Notes: generated by a model not told the origin, from the sequence alone. Positions 18,409 through 28,081 are shown, counted from the stretch's first letter. The stretch: 60,180 bases of DNA from an uncultured Treponemataceae bacterium (GCA_964371295.1 CAYJLT010000001.1:1-60180); one strand, 5' to 3'. Numbers and translations are program-made.

Positions 18409-19147
18409 CAGGTTCTTTATCCAGTAAATCTCTTACAACCTCTCCTGCAATTAGGAGGCCTGCAACTGATGGCACAAAGGAAATGCTTGCTGGTGGATGA
18501 CATTTTATGGGCTCCTCTTTTGAAAACAAAACCTTTACTTTTTTTATTCCTCGTATTTTTAATTCTCTCCTCATTACTCTTGCCAAGGGACAAACACTTG
18601 TTTTTTCTATTGTAGTTATTTCAAATAGAGAAGGATCAAGCTTGTTTCCTGTTCCCATGCTGCTAATGATTGGCACATTAAAATGTCTAGCTTTTTCAAT
18701 TAGCAACAGCTTTGCACTTACCGTGTCTATGGCATCTACAATGTAGTCACAAGTGGAAATTTCATCATCTAATTGGTCGGCCGTTGCAGCTTCAAAAAAA
18801 ATCGGATACTCTTTTACAAAAAGATTTGGATTTATTTCAAGCATGCGTTTTTTCGCACATTTCGTTTTTAATATCCCAATTGTTGAATGCAACGCAAAAA
18901 GTTGCCGATTTAAATTACTTGAAACAATTGTATCATTGTCTATTATTACAAAATTTTCGATACCCACTCTCGCAAGAGCTTCTACCACAAAAGAACCAAC
19001 TCCTCCAAGCCCAAAAACAACAACCTTTTTTGTACGAAGCTCTTTTACCTGAACAATACCTAAGAGTTTTTCTGTTCTACTAAATTGCCCTTCTGTAGCT
19101 GTGTCCACCGTATTATCTTGTATTGTAATGGTTTCTTTCTTTTTCAT
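18389..19147 (-). CDS. tcdA: tRNA threonylcarbamoyladenosine dehydratase / ThiF-family adenylyltransferase
   Basis: The VVVFGLGGVGS nucleotide-binding motif, length and overall pattern match TcdA (CsdL). The ATG at 19147 is preceded by GGGG. The ORF track starts at a TTG at 19162. Confidence 0.8.
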   Translation of the reverse strand: MKKKETITIQDNTVDTATEGQFSRTEKLLGIVQVKELRTKKVVVFGLGGVGSFVVEALARVGIENFVIIDNDTIVSSNLNRQLFALHSTIGILKTKCAKKRMLEINPNLFVKEYPIFFEAATADQLDDEISTCDYIVDAIDTVSAKLLLIEKARHFNVPIISSMGTGNKLDPSLFEITTIEKTSVCPLARVMRRELKIRGIKKVKVLFSKEEPIKCHPPASISFVPSVAGLLIAGEVVRDLLDKEPATLYHR

Positions 19148-19182
19148 AATTACTAACCCCAATAAAAAAAGTGAAATTTATA

Positions 19183-19212
19183 TTTTCCTTGTGGAAAACT
19201 TGTGTAAAACAT
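19183..19212 (+). repeat. Left copy of a 30-nt direct repeat with tandem TGTGGAAAA/TGTGTAAAA
   Basis: TTTTCCTTGTGGAAAACTTGTGTAAAACAT. The 9-mers sit at 19190-19198 and 19201-19209 (11-nt period). It matches the right copy at 26 of 30 positions. Confidence 0.6.
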
Positions 19213-19613
19213 CTTAATGTTCTACCTGCAGATTGTATATTTAATAAAATTACAAATTTTTTGCCTCTCCATGCAATCAAGTGAAAAAAAATTCTTTTTA
19301 TTTCCTCCATATCAAAATACAATCATACTATACCAAAGTATTTTTTTTTAAGATATTTTAAAAAAATTTTGCGATTTTTGCTCTAAATCTCCTAAAATTC
19401 AATAAAAATATCTAATTTTGCACAAAACCTACCTTTTTTTTCTCATTTTTTTGTTTATTAATAAAAAATCATCTACCCTTTTCTAAAATAAAAAATATGC
19501 TAAGGAACGGTGTTTAAAAAAAAGGCACTTTTGGTTTTTTTGAGAAAAAAAATACCTAAACATAAGTATAGCAAAAAAAGGTCTCTGCGGCTAGGCAATC
19601 AAAATCGAATACT

Positions 19614-19643
19614 TTTTCTCTGTGGAAAACTTGTGGAAAAAAT
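19614..19643 (+). repeat. Right copy of the 30-nt direct repeat with tandem TGTGGAAAA
   Basis: TTTTCTCTGTGGAAAACTTGTGGAAAAAAT. The 9-mers sit at 19621-19629 and 19632-19640 (11-nt period). It lies 431 nt from the left copy and is centred about 65 nt upstream of the glgX ATG. Confidence 0.6.
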
Positions 19644-19684
19644 AAAAGTGAATTACAAAACATGTAACTTTTTATATCTTTCTA

Positions 19685-19693
19685 TGTTATACT
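19685..19693 (+). promoter_or_regulatory. Extended -10 promoter abutting the glgX start (leaderless candidate)
   Basis: TGTTATACT, then 6 nt (ATTGTA), then the ATG at 19700. No SD is present. Confidence 0.6.
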
Positions 19694-19699
19694 ATTGTA

Positions 19700-21841
19700 A
19701 TGCATACATTTAAAGTTTCTTGTGGAACACCAATGCCTTATGGGTCAAGCATAAAAAAGGGCGGTGTCAATTTTAGTCTTTTTTCTCGAAACGGGACTTC
19801 CGTGAAAATTTTGCTTTTTGAAAAAGAAGAAGATACGTTACCATATTTTTCATATACACTCGACCCTACAATAAATAGAACAGGTGATGTTTGGCATATT
19901 CATATCGAAGGGGCAAGAGCAGGAGCCCTTTATGTTTATTCTGTAGAAGGTCCTTTTGCTCCTGAAAAAGGGCATCGCTTTAACAAAGACTTCTACCTTT
20001 TAGACCCTTATGCAAAAGCAATAACATATTCCTCCCTGTTTAAATATATTCAAAACAAAGGAGGATCTTCTTCAAAGAAAGCAAGCCTTTTGCAAAAGGC
20101 TGTTGAAAAAGAAACCTTCCCAAAAGGTGTGGTTGTTGATGACACAGAATTTGATTGGCAAGGAGACAAGCCTCTTAATTATCCCCTCAGAAAAAGCATA
20201 CTCTACGAAACCCATTTAAGGGGCTTTACTCAAGATTCCTCTTCTGGCGTAAAGAGTAAAGGAACTTACAAAGGCCTGATAGAAAAAATTCCATATTTTA
20301 AAGAGCTAGGCATAACAAGTATAGAGCTTTTACCTATCCAAGAATTTGATGAATATGAAAACTCAAACACAAATCCTAAAACAGGAAAAGCACTCACTAA
20401 TTATTGGGGCTATAGCACCATGTCCTTTTTTGCACCAAAAGCCTCCTATGCCGCTAATAAAAACCCAGGTCAGTGCGTTAACGAGTTTAAAGAAATGGTT
20501 AGAGAAATGCATAAAAATGGCCTTGAAGTTATTCTCGACATCGTTTTTAACCATACCGCAGAGGGAAATGAAAATGGTCCTACCATTAATTTTAAAGGGC
20601 TTGATAACTCTATTTACTACATGCTTGAAGACACAAAAAAACAATACTATAAAAATTACTCAGGTTGCGGAAACACGCTAAATTGCAATCATCCTGTTGT
20701 TAGAACCTTTATAATTGATTGCTTACGGTACTGGGTATGTGAAATGCACGTTGACGGATTCCGTTTTGATTTAGGCTCTATTTTAGGACGGGACCAAAAT
20801 GGTACCCTCATGGAAAACCCTCCCATGTTAGAAAGAATAGCCGAAGAGCCGGTTTTGCGAAACACAAAAATTATTGCAGAAGCATGGGATGCGGGAGGAG
20901 CATATCAAGTTGGTTGGTTCCCTGGAGGGCGCTGGGCAGAATGGAATGACCGCTACAGGGACGATATTCGGTCTTTTTGGAGAGGGGATGCTAATTATAC
21001 AAGCAGTGCAGCGACCAGACTTTCTGGAAGCTCTGATTTATATTTGCGCGACGGAAGAAAACCCTTTCACTCCATTAACTTTTTAACAAGCCACGATGGG
21101 TTTACTTTAAACGATTTAGTTAGTTATAACACAAAGCATAACGAAGAAAATGGTGAAGAAAACAGAGATGGGTCAGATCACAACATTAGTAGTAATTATG
21201 GCTATGAGGGCCCCACAGAAAACAAAGACATAGAAGCTCATCGCATGCAGCAAATAAAAAACTTTCTCTTAACTCTTTTTTTATCGCAAGGAACCCCCAT
21301 GCTCCTTGCTGGAGATGAATTTCGAAACACTCAAAACGGCAACAACAACTCCTACTGCCAAGACAATGAAATATCTTGGATTGATTGGACAAAAAAGGAT
21401 CGATTTTCCGAAATTTTCCTTTTTGCGCGAAAAGCCATTACATTTAGATTGCATCATCCAGCTTTTTGCCGTCCCGAATTTTTCGTAGGGCAAGACCTTT
21501 CTTATAATAGCCTTCTAGATATAACTTGGTTTGGAGAAAATGGCGATATCATTGACTGGTCTAAGGAAAACAGAATGCTAGCCTGCCGAATGGATGGGAG
21601 CCGAGCAGAGATATTTAGTGACCGAGACGACAACGACTTTTATCTTATGTTGAATTCTTCAAAAGAGGATATCCCGGTAAAAATTTGCCAACCTTCTTCT
21701 GAAAAAAAATGGTTTAGAGCTATAGATACAGCTTTTCCTACTCCTAAAGACTTTCTCAGTCCTGGAGAGGAGGAGGTTGTAAACTCGAATGAAACATACC
21801 TGTTACGATCCCATAGTATGGTTGTTTTGTTGAGTAAATAA
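19700..21841 (+). CDS. glgX: Glycogen debranching enzyme
   Basis: 713 aa. The GH13 regions DVVFNHT-like (DIVFNHTAEG), DGFRFDL, EAWD and SHDGFTLNDL are present, with an N-terminal GGVNFSLFS module typical of GlgX. Confidence 0.93.
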   Translation: MHTFKVSCGTPMPYGSSIKKGGVNFSLFSRNGTSVKILLFEKEEDTLPYFSYTLDPTINRTGDVWHIHIEGARAGALYVYSVEGPFAPEKGHRFNKDFYLLDPYAKAITYSSLFKYIQNKGGSSSKKASLLQKAVEKETFPKGVVVDDTEFDWQGDKPLNYPLRKSILYETHLRGFTQDSSSGVKSKGTYKGLIEKIPYFKELGITSIELLPIQEFDEYENSNTNPKTGKALTNYWGYSTMSFFAPKASYAANKNPGQCVNEFKEMVREMHKNGLEVILDIVFNHTAEGNENGPTINFKGLDNSIYYMLEDTKKQYYKNYSGCGNTLNCNHPVVRTFIIDCLRYWVCEMHVDGFRFDLGSILGRDQNGTLMENPPMLERIAEEPVLRNTKIIAEAWDAGGAYQVGWFPGGRWAEWNDRYRDDIRSFWRGDANYTSSAATRLSGSSDLYLRDGRKPFHSINFLTSHDGFTLNDLVSYNTKHNEENGEENRDGSDHNISSNYGYEGPTENKDIEAHRMQQIKNFLLTLFLSQGTPMLLAGDEFRNTQNGNNNSYCQDNEISWIDWTKKDRFSEIFLFARKAITFRLHHPAFCRPEFFVGQDLSYNSLLDITWFGENGDIIDWSKENRMLACRMDGSRAEIFSDRDDNDFYLMLNSSKEDIPVKICQPSSEKKWFRAIDTAFPTPKDFLSPGEEEVVNSNETYLLRSHSMVVLLSK

Positions 21842-21890
21842 GCTTGTTTTTATATATATTTTGGTGTATAGTATAACACGAGGAGTAACT

Positions 21891-24335
21891 ATGGTTTTTG
21901 ATTCTAACATGTTTAAAGAGCGCATTAAAGCTCGCTTAAAGCGACAGTATGGCAAAGAAATTGATACCGCAACCATTAGACAGATATATGATGCGAGTGC
22001 AGCTTCCATCCAAGAAATGACAATGGACAACTGGATGAAAACGCGAAGCGCACATGAAAAAAAAGATGTTCGCTCTGTTTATTATTTTTCTGCCGAATTT
22101 TTAATGGGTCGCGCACTTGGAAACAACCTCATAAATACACTATTAAAAGACAATGTGATTTCAGCTTTGCAAGAGCTAGGAATTGATTATAACATTATTG
22201 AAGACCATGAACCAGATGCAGCACTCGGAAATGGTGGGCTTGGTCGACTTGCGGCATGTTTTCTAGACTCCCTTTCTACTTTAAATTATCCAGCATATGG
22301 CTATGGAATTAGATATGAATATGGAATGTTTGAACAACACATTGAAAATGGCTTTCAGGTTGAATATCCTGACAATTGGCTTCGCCATAGAGATCCTTGG
22401 CAAATAAAGAGAAGCGATTTATCTGTACAGGTAAAACTTGGTGGTCGTGTCGAAGTTCAAAAAGATCCTGCCGGTGAAAACAAATTTTCTGTAGAAGAGG
22501 CAGAAATAATAACCGCTGTTCCGTATGACACGCCAATTGTTGGGTATGACACAAACACCATAAATACACTGCGTTTATGGAGGGCTACTTCTCCAAGTGG
22601 CTTTGACCTTCAACTCTTTAATGACATGCACTATAACCGCGCCGTTGAAAGAAAAAATGCAGCAGAAAATATATCTCGGGTATTGTATCCGAATGACTCT
22701 GGTTCATCTGGAAAAACATTGCGCTTAAAGCAACAGTATTTTTTCTGTTCTGCAAGCTTACAAGACCTTGTGAGAAAATATACGTGCTCGTATGGTACAG
22801 ATTTTTCACACTTTTCAAAATATCATGTTATTCAATTAAATGATACTCATCCCGTTGTTGCAATCCCTGAATTAATGAGAATATTGATGGATGATTATTC
22901 TATAGGATGGGACGAATCCTGGAAAATTGTTACAGAAACCTTTGCCTACACAAATCACACTATCTTAGCAGAAGCTTTAGAAAAGTGGCCTATAGATATT
23001 TTCCAAGCTCTTCTTCCGCGCATATATCAAATTATTGATGAGATAAACCGGCGCTTTACATTACTCTTAGTTGAAAAATTTCCAAACAATTATGCATGCC
23101 ACAACCGCATGAGCATTATTGCCAATGGAATGATTCACATGGCATGGCTTGCAATACACACCTGCTTTAGTGTAAATGGCGTTGCCGCATTGCATACGCA
23201 AATCCTTATAGATAGCGAACTCAAAGATTGGGCAGAACTGTATCCTAAAAAATTTAATAATAAAACAAATGGTGTTACACAGCGACGCTGGCTTTTAAGT
23301 GCCAATCCACTTCTGTCAAATTTTATTACAGAACGAATTGGTAATAGCTGGCAAAAAGATTTTTCATTACTAAAAGGGTTAGAAAAGTATGCAAAAGATG
23401 AGGCATCATTAAATGAACTGATGGATATCAAAAAAACAAATAAAAAAGCCTTTGCAAAATGGCTTATGGAAACACAAAATGAGTTTGTAGACCCAGATTC
23501 AATTTTTGATACCCAAATAAAACGCCTACATGAGTATAAAAGGCAACTATTAAATATACTCCACATAATTTATTTATATAATAAAATAAGAGAAAACCCA
23601 GACTATAACCCTCCTGCGCGCACCTTCCTTTTTGGCGCAAAAGCCGCTTCTGGGTATCGCAGGGCTAAATCAATTATCAAGCTAATAACTTCTATAGCCG
23701 ATAAAATAAATAAGGATCCTCTTGTTAGAGGTAAATTACGCGTCGTTTTTGTTCCCAACTATCGAGTAACGGCAGCTGAAAAAATATTCCCCGCTTCAGA
23801 TGTATCAGAGCAAATTTCAACTGCAGGAAAAGAAGCTTCTGGAACAGGGAACATGAAGTTTATGATTAATGGAGCTTTAACACTTGGTACACTGGACGGG
23901 GCAAATATCGAAATTGTTGAAGAGGCTGGCGAAGAGAATGCTTTTATATTTGGTTTGACTGCTCACGAAATTGCAACTATTGAAAAGGAACATAGTTATA
24001 ACCCTCAGCAATACATTCAAAAAAACCCAGAACTAGCAAAGGTTTTAAATCAGCTTATTGATGGGACATTTGATTCGTCTGCAGGGTTGTTTAGAGAGTT
24101 ATATGATTCGTTGGTGCATGGTGTTGAGGGTCAACGCCCAGATGTTTACTATGTACTAGCTGATTTTGACGGATACTGTGCTGCACAAGAAAAAGTTGCA
24201 GAAGCATACACTGACAAATTAGGATGGGCAAAAAAAGTGTTATTAAACATTGCTCGCTCAGGCAAGTTTTCATCAGATAGAACAATTGAAGATTACGTAA
24301 CAGATATTTGGAAACTAAAAAAAATTGAAGTATAA
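21891..24335 (+). CDS. glgP: Glycogen/maltodextrin phosphorylase
   Basis: EASGTGNMKFMINGALT (pyridoxal-phosphate lysine region) and LGNGGLGRLAACFLDS. The ATG at 21891 lies 5 nt after GAGGAG. The ORF track starts at a TTG at 21861. Confidence 0.95.
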   Translation: MVFDSNMFKERIKARLKRQYGKEIDTATIRQIYDASAASIQEMTMDNWMKTRSAHEKKDVRSVYYFSAEFLMGRALGNNLINTLLKDNVISALQELGIDYNIIEDHEPDAALGNGGLGRLAACFLDSLSTLNYPAYGYGIRYEYGMFEQHIENGFQVEYPDNWLRHRDPWQIKRSDLSVQVKLGGRVEVQKDPAGENKFSVEEAEIITAVPYDTPIVGYDTNTINTLRLWRATSPSGFDLQLFNDMHYNRAVERKNAAENISRVLYPNDSGSSGKTLRLKQQYFFCSASLQDLVRKYTCSYGTDFSHFSKYHVIQLNDTHPVVAIPELMRILMDDYSIGWDESWKIVTETFAYTNHTILAEALEKWPIDIFQALLPRIYQIIDEINRRFTLLLVEKFPNNYACHNRMSIIANGMIHMAWLAIHTCFSVNGVAALHTQILIDSELKDWAELYPKKFNNKTNGVTQRRWLLSANPLLSNFITERIGNSWQKDFSLLKGLEKYAKDEASLNELMDIKKTNKKAFAKWLMETQNEFVDPDSIFDTQIKRLHEYKRQLLNILHIIYLYNKIRENPDYNPPARTFLFGAKAASGYRRAKSIIKLITSIADKINKDPLVRGKLRVVFVPNYRVTAAEKIFPASDVSEQISTAGKEASGTGNMKFMINGALTLGTLDGANIEIVEEAGEENAFIFGLTAHEIATIEKEHSYNPQQYIQKNPELAKVLNQLIDGTFDSSAGLFRELYDSLVHGVEGQRPDVYYVLADFDGYCAAQEKVAEAYTDKLGWAKKVLLNIARSGKFSSDRTIEDYVTDIWKLKKIEV

Positions 24336-24372
24336 TAAAATATGCGCAGATTGCGCAGTGTAGGAGAAAAAA

Positions 24373-25998
24373 ATGCCACAAAAAAGATTTATGTATTCAA
24401 AAACTACAAGGCAAGACCTTTCAGAACAAGAGAAAATTCAACTACCCTTTTTTACTACAACAGCATTAGCCGTTTTGGGTATTTTTGTTTTTATAATGCT
24501 TGCCTTGTTTTTTGTTGGAATAGTGGAAAGTGCATTATTTATGGTTTTTGGAATGTTCTTTATACTCCTTGCCTTTTTATTTTTTAGGAAAGGCGAAATA
24601 AAAAAAGGCTCTTCAATGGCCACTATAGGATTTTTAGTAGCGCAAAGCATTGTTACCTTTTTTCTAGATTTTGGTACTAATCCATATGGACTATATAGAA
24701 TAATTGCACTTGCCTTGTTTTTGTTTATTGCAAAATATCTTTTGTCTTCTTCAGCAAAAGAGATAGTTGCATATGCTTTCGTTGCCATTGTCCTGTTTGT
24801 TAGTAAGGCTATGATGTCATATAGCCTGATGCTTGAAGAAGACCTTACCACCTATATTGCTTGTATTGCAATTTCACTTGTTTGTATGGTTTCCGCAACA
24901 ATACTCTTTGTTGCCCTTTTTAAGATGTTTTCTGCGCTTAACGCATATGCAGAGAAAGAAAAAAGCAATGTGAAAAATGCACTTGAACAAATTACTGGTG
25001 TATTAACAGAAAGCAAGCAAGGGCTTGAAGTTGGACATGTGCTCTCACAAGAAACGGAAAATGCAACTATTGACTTGCAAAGAATGGCACACGTATTTTC
25101 AACACTACAAACTTCTGCAAACGAACTCACACAGAACATCATCACCGTGTTAGACTTGTTTTCTACTATTGAAAAAAACTCCTTGGTAATGCAAGAAGGA
25201 ACAAAGTCTCAAAGCTCTTCAATCACTGAAAGTTCTGTCGCTCTTACAGAGATATCAACAAATCTTTCAAGTGTAAATGAGATCGCCTCTCAACGAAGCC
25301 AAAACATGAACACTCTTTTAGAGTCATTGCAAAACCAAAAAACACTTGTACAAGAAGCTTTGCAAGAAGTTCAAAAGGTAAAAGAATCTTCAACAAGCAT
25401 TGGCGACTTTATTCACACCGTAGAAGACATTGCAAACCAAACAGGTCTTTTAGCAATGAATGCTTCAATTGAAGCAGCACATGCGGGAACGGCAGGGAAA
25501 GGCTTTGCCGTTATTGCACAAGAAATTAGAAAGCTATCTGAAGAAACATCAAAAAATGCTGCCTATATTGGAGATGTTCTTAAAGGGAATGAGCAAACTG
25601 TTGAATCCGCAGCAAATGCCGTTATTTCCTTTGCTTCTCAAGCTGAAAAAAGCACCGAAGAGCTACAGGGCACCATTGCCGCTCTAGATGGGATTCTTAT
25701 GGGAATTGCAGAAATGGACATTGGAACAAGAGGAGTTATGAACTCTATGCAATCAATTGTTGAAGCTTCAAGAACAAATGGTGAAATTGTCGATGATGTT
25801 TCTGGAAAAATTGTCCAACAACGCGAAATTATGGATAATATTTCTGTTTTTGCAAAAACATTACAAGAAGAGGTTTCTTCTGCAAGCACACAAATAACTA
25901 ATGTACAAGGCTCTCTTGCAACTATCAAGACAACTTCAGATCAAAATGTTCAAGTTTCAAGCTCTGTTAACCAGGCTCTTGAAAACATTGATGTATAA
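24373..25998 (+). CDS. Methyl-accepting chemotaxis protein with multi-TM N-terminal module
   Basis: Signalling hairpin motif [14 protein letters not shown]. About six hydrophobic segments lie in the first 190 aa. AGGAG lies 6 nt before the ATG. Confidence 0.9.
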   Translation: MPQKRFMYSKTTRQDLSEQEKIQLPFFTTTALAVLGIFVFIMLALFFVGIVESALFMVFGMFFILLAFLFFRKGEIKKGSSMATIGFLVAQSIVTFFLDFGTNPYGLYRIIALALFLFIAKYLLSSSAKEIVAYAFVAIVLFVSKAMMSYSLMLEEDLTTYIACIAISLVCMVSATILFVALFKMFSALNAYAEKEKSNVKNALEQITGVLTESKQGLEVGHVLSQETENATIDLQRMAHVFSTLQTSANELTQNIITVLDLFSTIEKNSLVMQEGTKSQSSSITESSVALTEISTNLSSVNEIASQRSQNMNTLLESLQNQKTLVQEALQEVQKVKESSTSIGDFIHTVEDIANQTGLLAMNASIEAAHAGTAGKGFAVIAQEIRKLSEETSKNAAYIGDVLKGNEQTVESAANAVISFASQAEKSTEELQGTIAALDGILMGIAEMDIGTRGVMNSMQSIVEASRTNGEIVDDVSGKIVQQREIMDNISVFAKTLQEEVSSASTQITNVQGSLATIKTTSDQNVQVSSSVNQALENIDV

Positions 25999-26020
25999 AA
26001 CAAATAGAATCTTATAACAT

Positions 26021-26047
26021 AAAGCCCGTTTTTGAAAAACGGGCTTT
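26021..26047. terminator. Bidirectional intrinsic terminator
   Basis: AAAGCCCGTTTTT g AAAAACGGGCTTT with T-runs on both strands. It lies between the convergent chemoreceptor and FMN-dehydrogenase genes. Confidence 0.75.
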
Positions 26048-26067
26048 TATATTGTATATTAAAGTAC

Positions 26068-27006
26068 TTATTTTAAAAGGCTTTGAACCAACTCTTTTAC
26101 CCCTTGTTTACCATTTTGACACAAAGCAGTTGCAAAGGGGCGGCCTAGCATTACTTCCTGTGCACCATATGCACTAGCAAGTTGGATATCCCGAAAGCTT
26201 CGAATGCCTCCGTCTACCCATAGTTGATCACAATATTTTTTTATTTCTTTTCCATAAGCCACTAAAAAGTCTGCCGTGCTTCCTACTCTGTTTTCAACCC
26301 GGCCTCCGTGATTTGAAATAATCACTATATCGGGCTTCACCTCTGCAAGGAGCTCTATTTCTTCTGGATTGAAGATACCTTTAATAGAAAAGGGAACTTT
26401 TAAGCTTTGCTTAATCTCTAATAGCTGCTGTGCTGTTTTTTTTTCAAGATTTACTAAGTTGCGCATTGTGGCGATGTTATAAGAATCTATGTCAACGCCA
26501 ACACTTTCTGAAACACTTTCAGCCCACTCAATTCTTTCAAAAATGCGGTCATTTGGGTACGGCTTTATAAAAACAGCGGCTTTTGTGTTAGGATGCTTTT
26601 GTTGCCTTGCCTTAACAGCGGCTATGCCAGTTTGGAGCTTTACATCAGGGCATCCATCACCAATACTCAAAAGCGCCCCCGAATCGCCTACTGCCTCTAT
26701 AATATCAAAGTAAAAAGCCTCTTCTGTTTCATAACCTATGTTTTCAACAGCACCAGTCATCGGACCAAGACGGATTTTAGCAAGCGGATTTTTTTCATAA
26801 AAATTTTCTGTAACCGGCGCGCTTTTCCATGCAGAACAGTTTAAAATAAAATTTATGTTGTTGTTAAAACCTCCCATACCAGGGAGCTCTCCAATACATC
26901 CTTGCCCATCACATATGTCACAAAAGTGACATTTTAAACTATGCATACTCATATAATGAGTATCGGGTGTAAACCTGCTTGTCTTTAATGAGGAGCTACT
27001 CGCCAA
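26068..27006 (-). CDS. FMN-dependent alpha-hydroxy-acid-oxidase-family protein with N-terminal Cys cluster
   Basis: SNHGGR and VDGGIRSFRDI motifs of the FMN TIM-barrel family, plus an N-terminal CHFCDICDGQGC. A TTG start follows AGGAA and overlaps the pfk stop by 11 nt. Confidence 0.75.
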   Translation of the reverse strand: MASSSSLKTSRFTPDTHYMSMHSLKCHFCDICDGQGCIGELPGMGGFNNNINFILNCSAWKSAPVTENFYEKNPLAKIRLGPMTGAVENIGYETEEAFYFDIIEAVGDSGALLSIGDGCPDVKLQTGIAAVKARQQKHPNTKAAVFIKPYPNDRIFERIEWAESVSESVGVDIDSYNIATMRNLVNLEKKTAQQLLEIKQSLKVPFSIKGIFNPEEIELLAEVKPDIVIISNHGGRVENRVGSTADFLVAYGKEIKKYCDQLWVDGGIRSFRDIQLASAYGAQEVMLGRPFATALCQNGKQGVKELVQSLLK

Positions 27007-28081
27007 AGCATGTTCCTACAGCTCTACCTGCTAAAAGAATCCTATCACTTAGGGGAACTTTTTTTATTTTTCCTGCAACACTGTCCAAAGAAACACTATC
27101 CATTATGCCCTTTTTCATTACAACCATTCGGCCAAACTCTCCTCGCGCTAGCATATGAGCTGCTTCCACGCCAAATTGTGTAGCAAGAACTCTGTCATAG
27201 GGCGTCGGAATACCTCCTCGTTGGACATACCCTAAAACCGTCACTCGCGGCTCCAGGCTTGTTGCTTCTTCTAGCTCCTTTGCAACCCTGTATCCAATTG
27301 ATTGACTCATTTCTTTCCGTGCCTTTTTAAATTGCTTTTTATCTAAAAGAGCTTCTTTTTCACTTAATGCGCCCTCTGCAACTACAACAATTGAAAAATT
27401 TTTTCCTTGCTGCTTTCGGTTTTTTAAGTGTTTTGCAATTGAATCAATATTATATGGAATTTCAGGGATAAGAATAACATCTCCTCCACCAGCAACCCCT
27501 GCATAAAGTCCAAGCCATCCAGCTTTATGCCCCATTACTTCGATTATCATTATTCTATTATGGCTATGTGCTGTTGAATGAAGTCTGTCAATTGCCTGTG
27601 TCGCAATATCAACTGCAGTATGAAAGCCAAACGTTACATCTGTCTCTACAAGATCATTGTCTATTGTTTTTGGAAGACCTATTACATTTAGTCCTGCTTC
27701 TTGCAAAAGCTTCCCCGTTGTATTTGTGCCGTTTCCACCAAGCACAACAAGGGCATCTAATTCCATGTCTCGATAGTTTTTAATTATGCTCTCAACAGGC
27801 GTGAGCCCTGTTACGGGATTTTTTACGGGGTTCTTAAAAGGTTTTTCTCGCGATGTTCCCAAGATGGTTCCCCCAAGGGTTAAAACACCTGAAAACTCAC
27901 TTGTACGTAATTCTCGATATTTTCCACCAACAAGGCCTCTATACCCGTCTTCTATACCAAGAACACGCATTCCATACTCGTCTATCGCAGTGCGAACTAC
28001 GCCTCTAATAGCTGCATTTAAACCAGGAGCATCACCGCCAGAAGTTAAAATACCAAATTTTTTTACAGCTGTTTTTTTCAT
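26996..28081 (-). CDS. pfk: 6-phosphofructokinase (phosphoryl donor not assignable by eye)
   Basis: GILTSGGDAPGLNAAIRG, GLPKTIDND and MGHKAGW motifs. The ATG at 28081 lies 6 nt after GAGG and gives the usual MKK..ILTSGGD N-terminus. The ORF track starts at 28093. Confidence 0.9.
   Translation of the reverse strand: MKKTAVKKFGILTSGGDAPGLNAAIRGVVRTAIDEYGMRVLGIEDGYRGLVGGKYRELRTSEFSGVLTLGGTILGTSREKPFKNPVKNPVTGLTPVESIIKNYRDMELDALVVLGGNGTNTTGKLLQEAGLNVIGLPKTIDNDLVETDVTFGFHTAVDIATQAIDRLHSTAHSHNRIMIIEVMGHKAGWLGLYAGVAGGGDVILIPEIPYNIDSIAKHLKNRKQQGKNFSIVVVAEGALSEKEALLDKKQFKKARKEMSQSIGYRVAKELEEATSLEPRVTVLGYVQRGGIPTPYDRVLATQFGVEAAHMLARGEFGRMVVMKKGIMDSVSLDSVAGKIKKVPLSDRILLAGRAVGTCFGE

Noticed and set aside
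19183-19643. The idea that the 431-nt segment between the two direct repeats is a MITE or insertion flanked by a target-site duplication.
   Set aside because: The sequences just inside the two repeats (TAAAACATCTTAATG... and ...GAATACTTTTTCTC) show no terminal inverted repeat. The repeats are only 26/30 identical, and no transposase remnant is present.
19510-19713. 67-aa very basic ORF (MFKKKALLVFLRKKIPKHKYSKKR...) inside the long intergenic region.
   Set aside because: The Lys richness simply reflects A-tracts. The start is a GTG only 3 nt after a weak SD. The ORF runs through the glgX promoter and start codon. There is no evidence that it codes.
24343-24359. Direct repeat TGCGCAG-at-TGCGCAG just upstream of the chemoreceptor SD, considered as a sigma-28 or regulator site.
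   Set aside because: It does not resemble the TAAA-N15-GCCGATAA sigma-28 consensus. It is only 7 nt repeated once, in a 37-nt gap that may simply be operon-internal.
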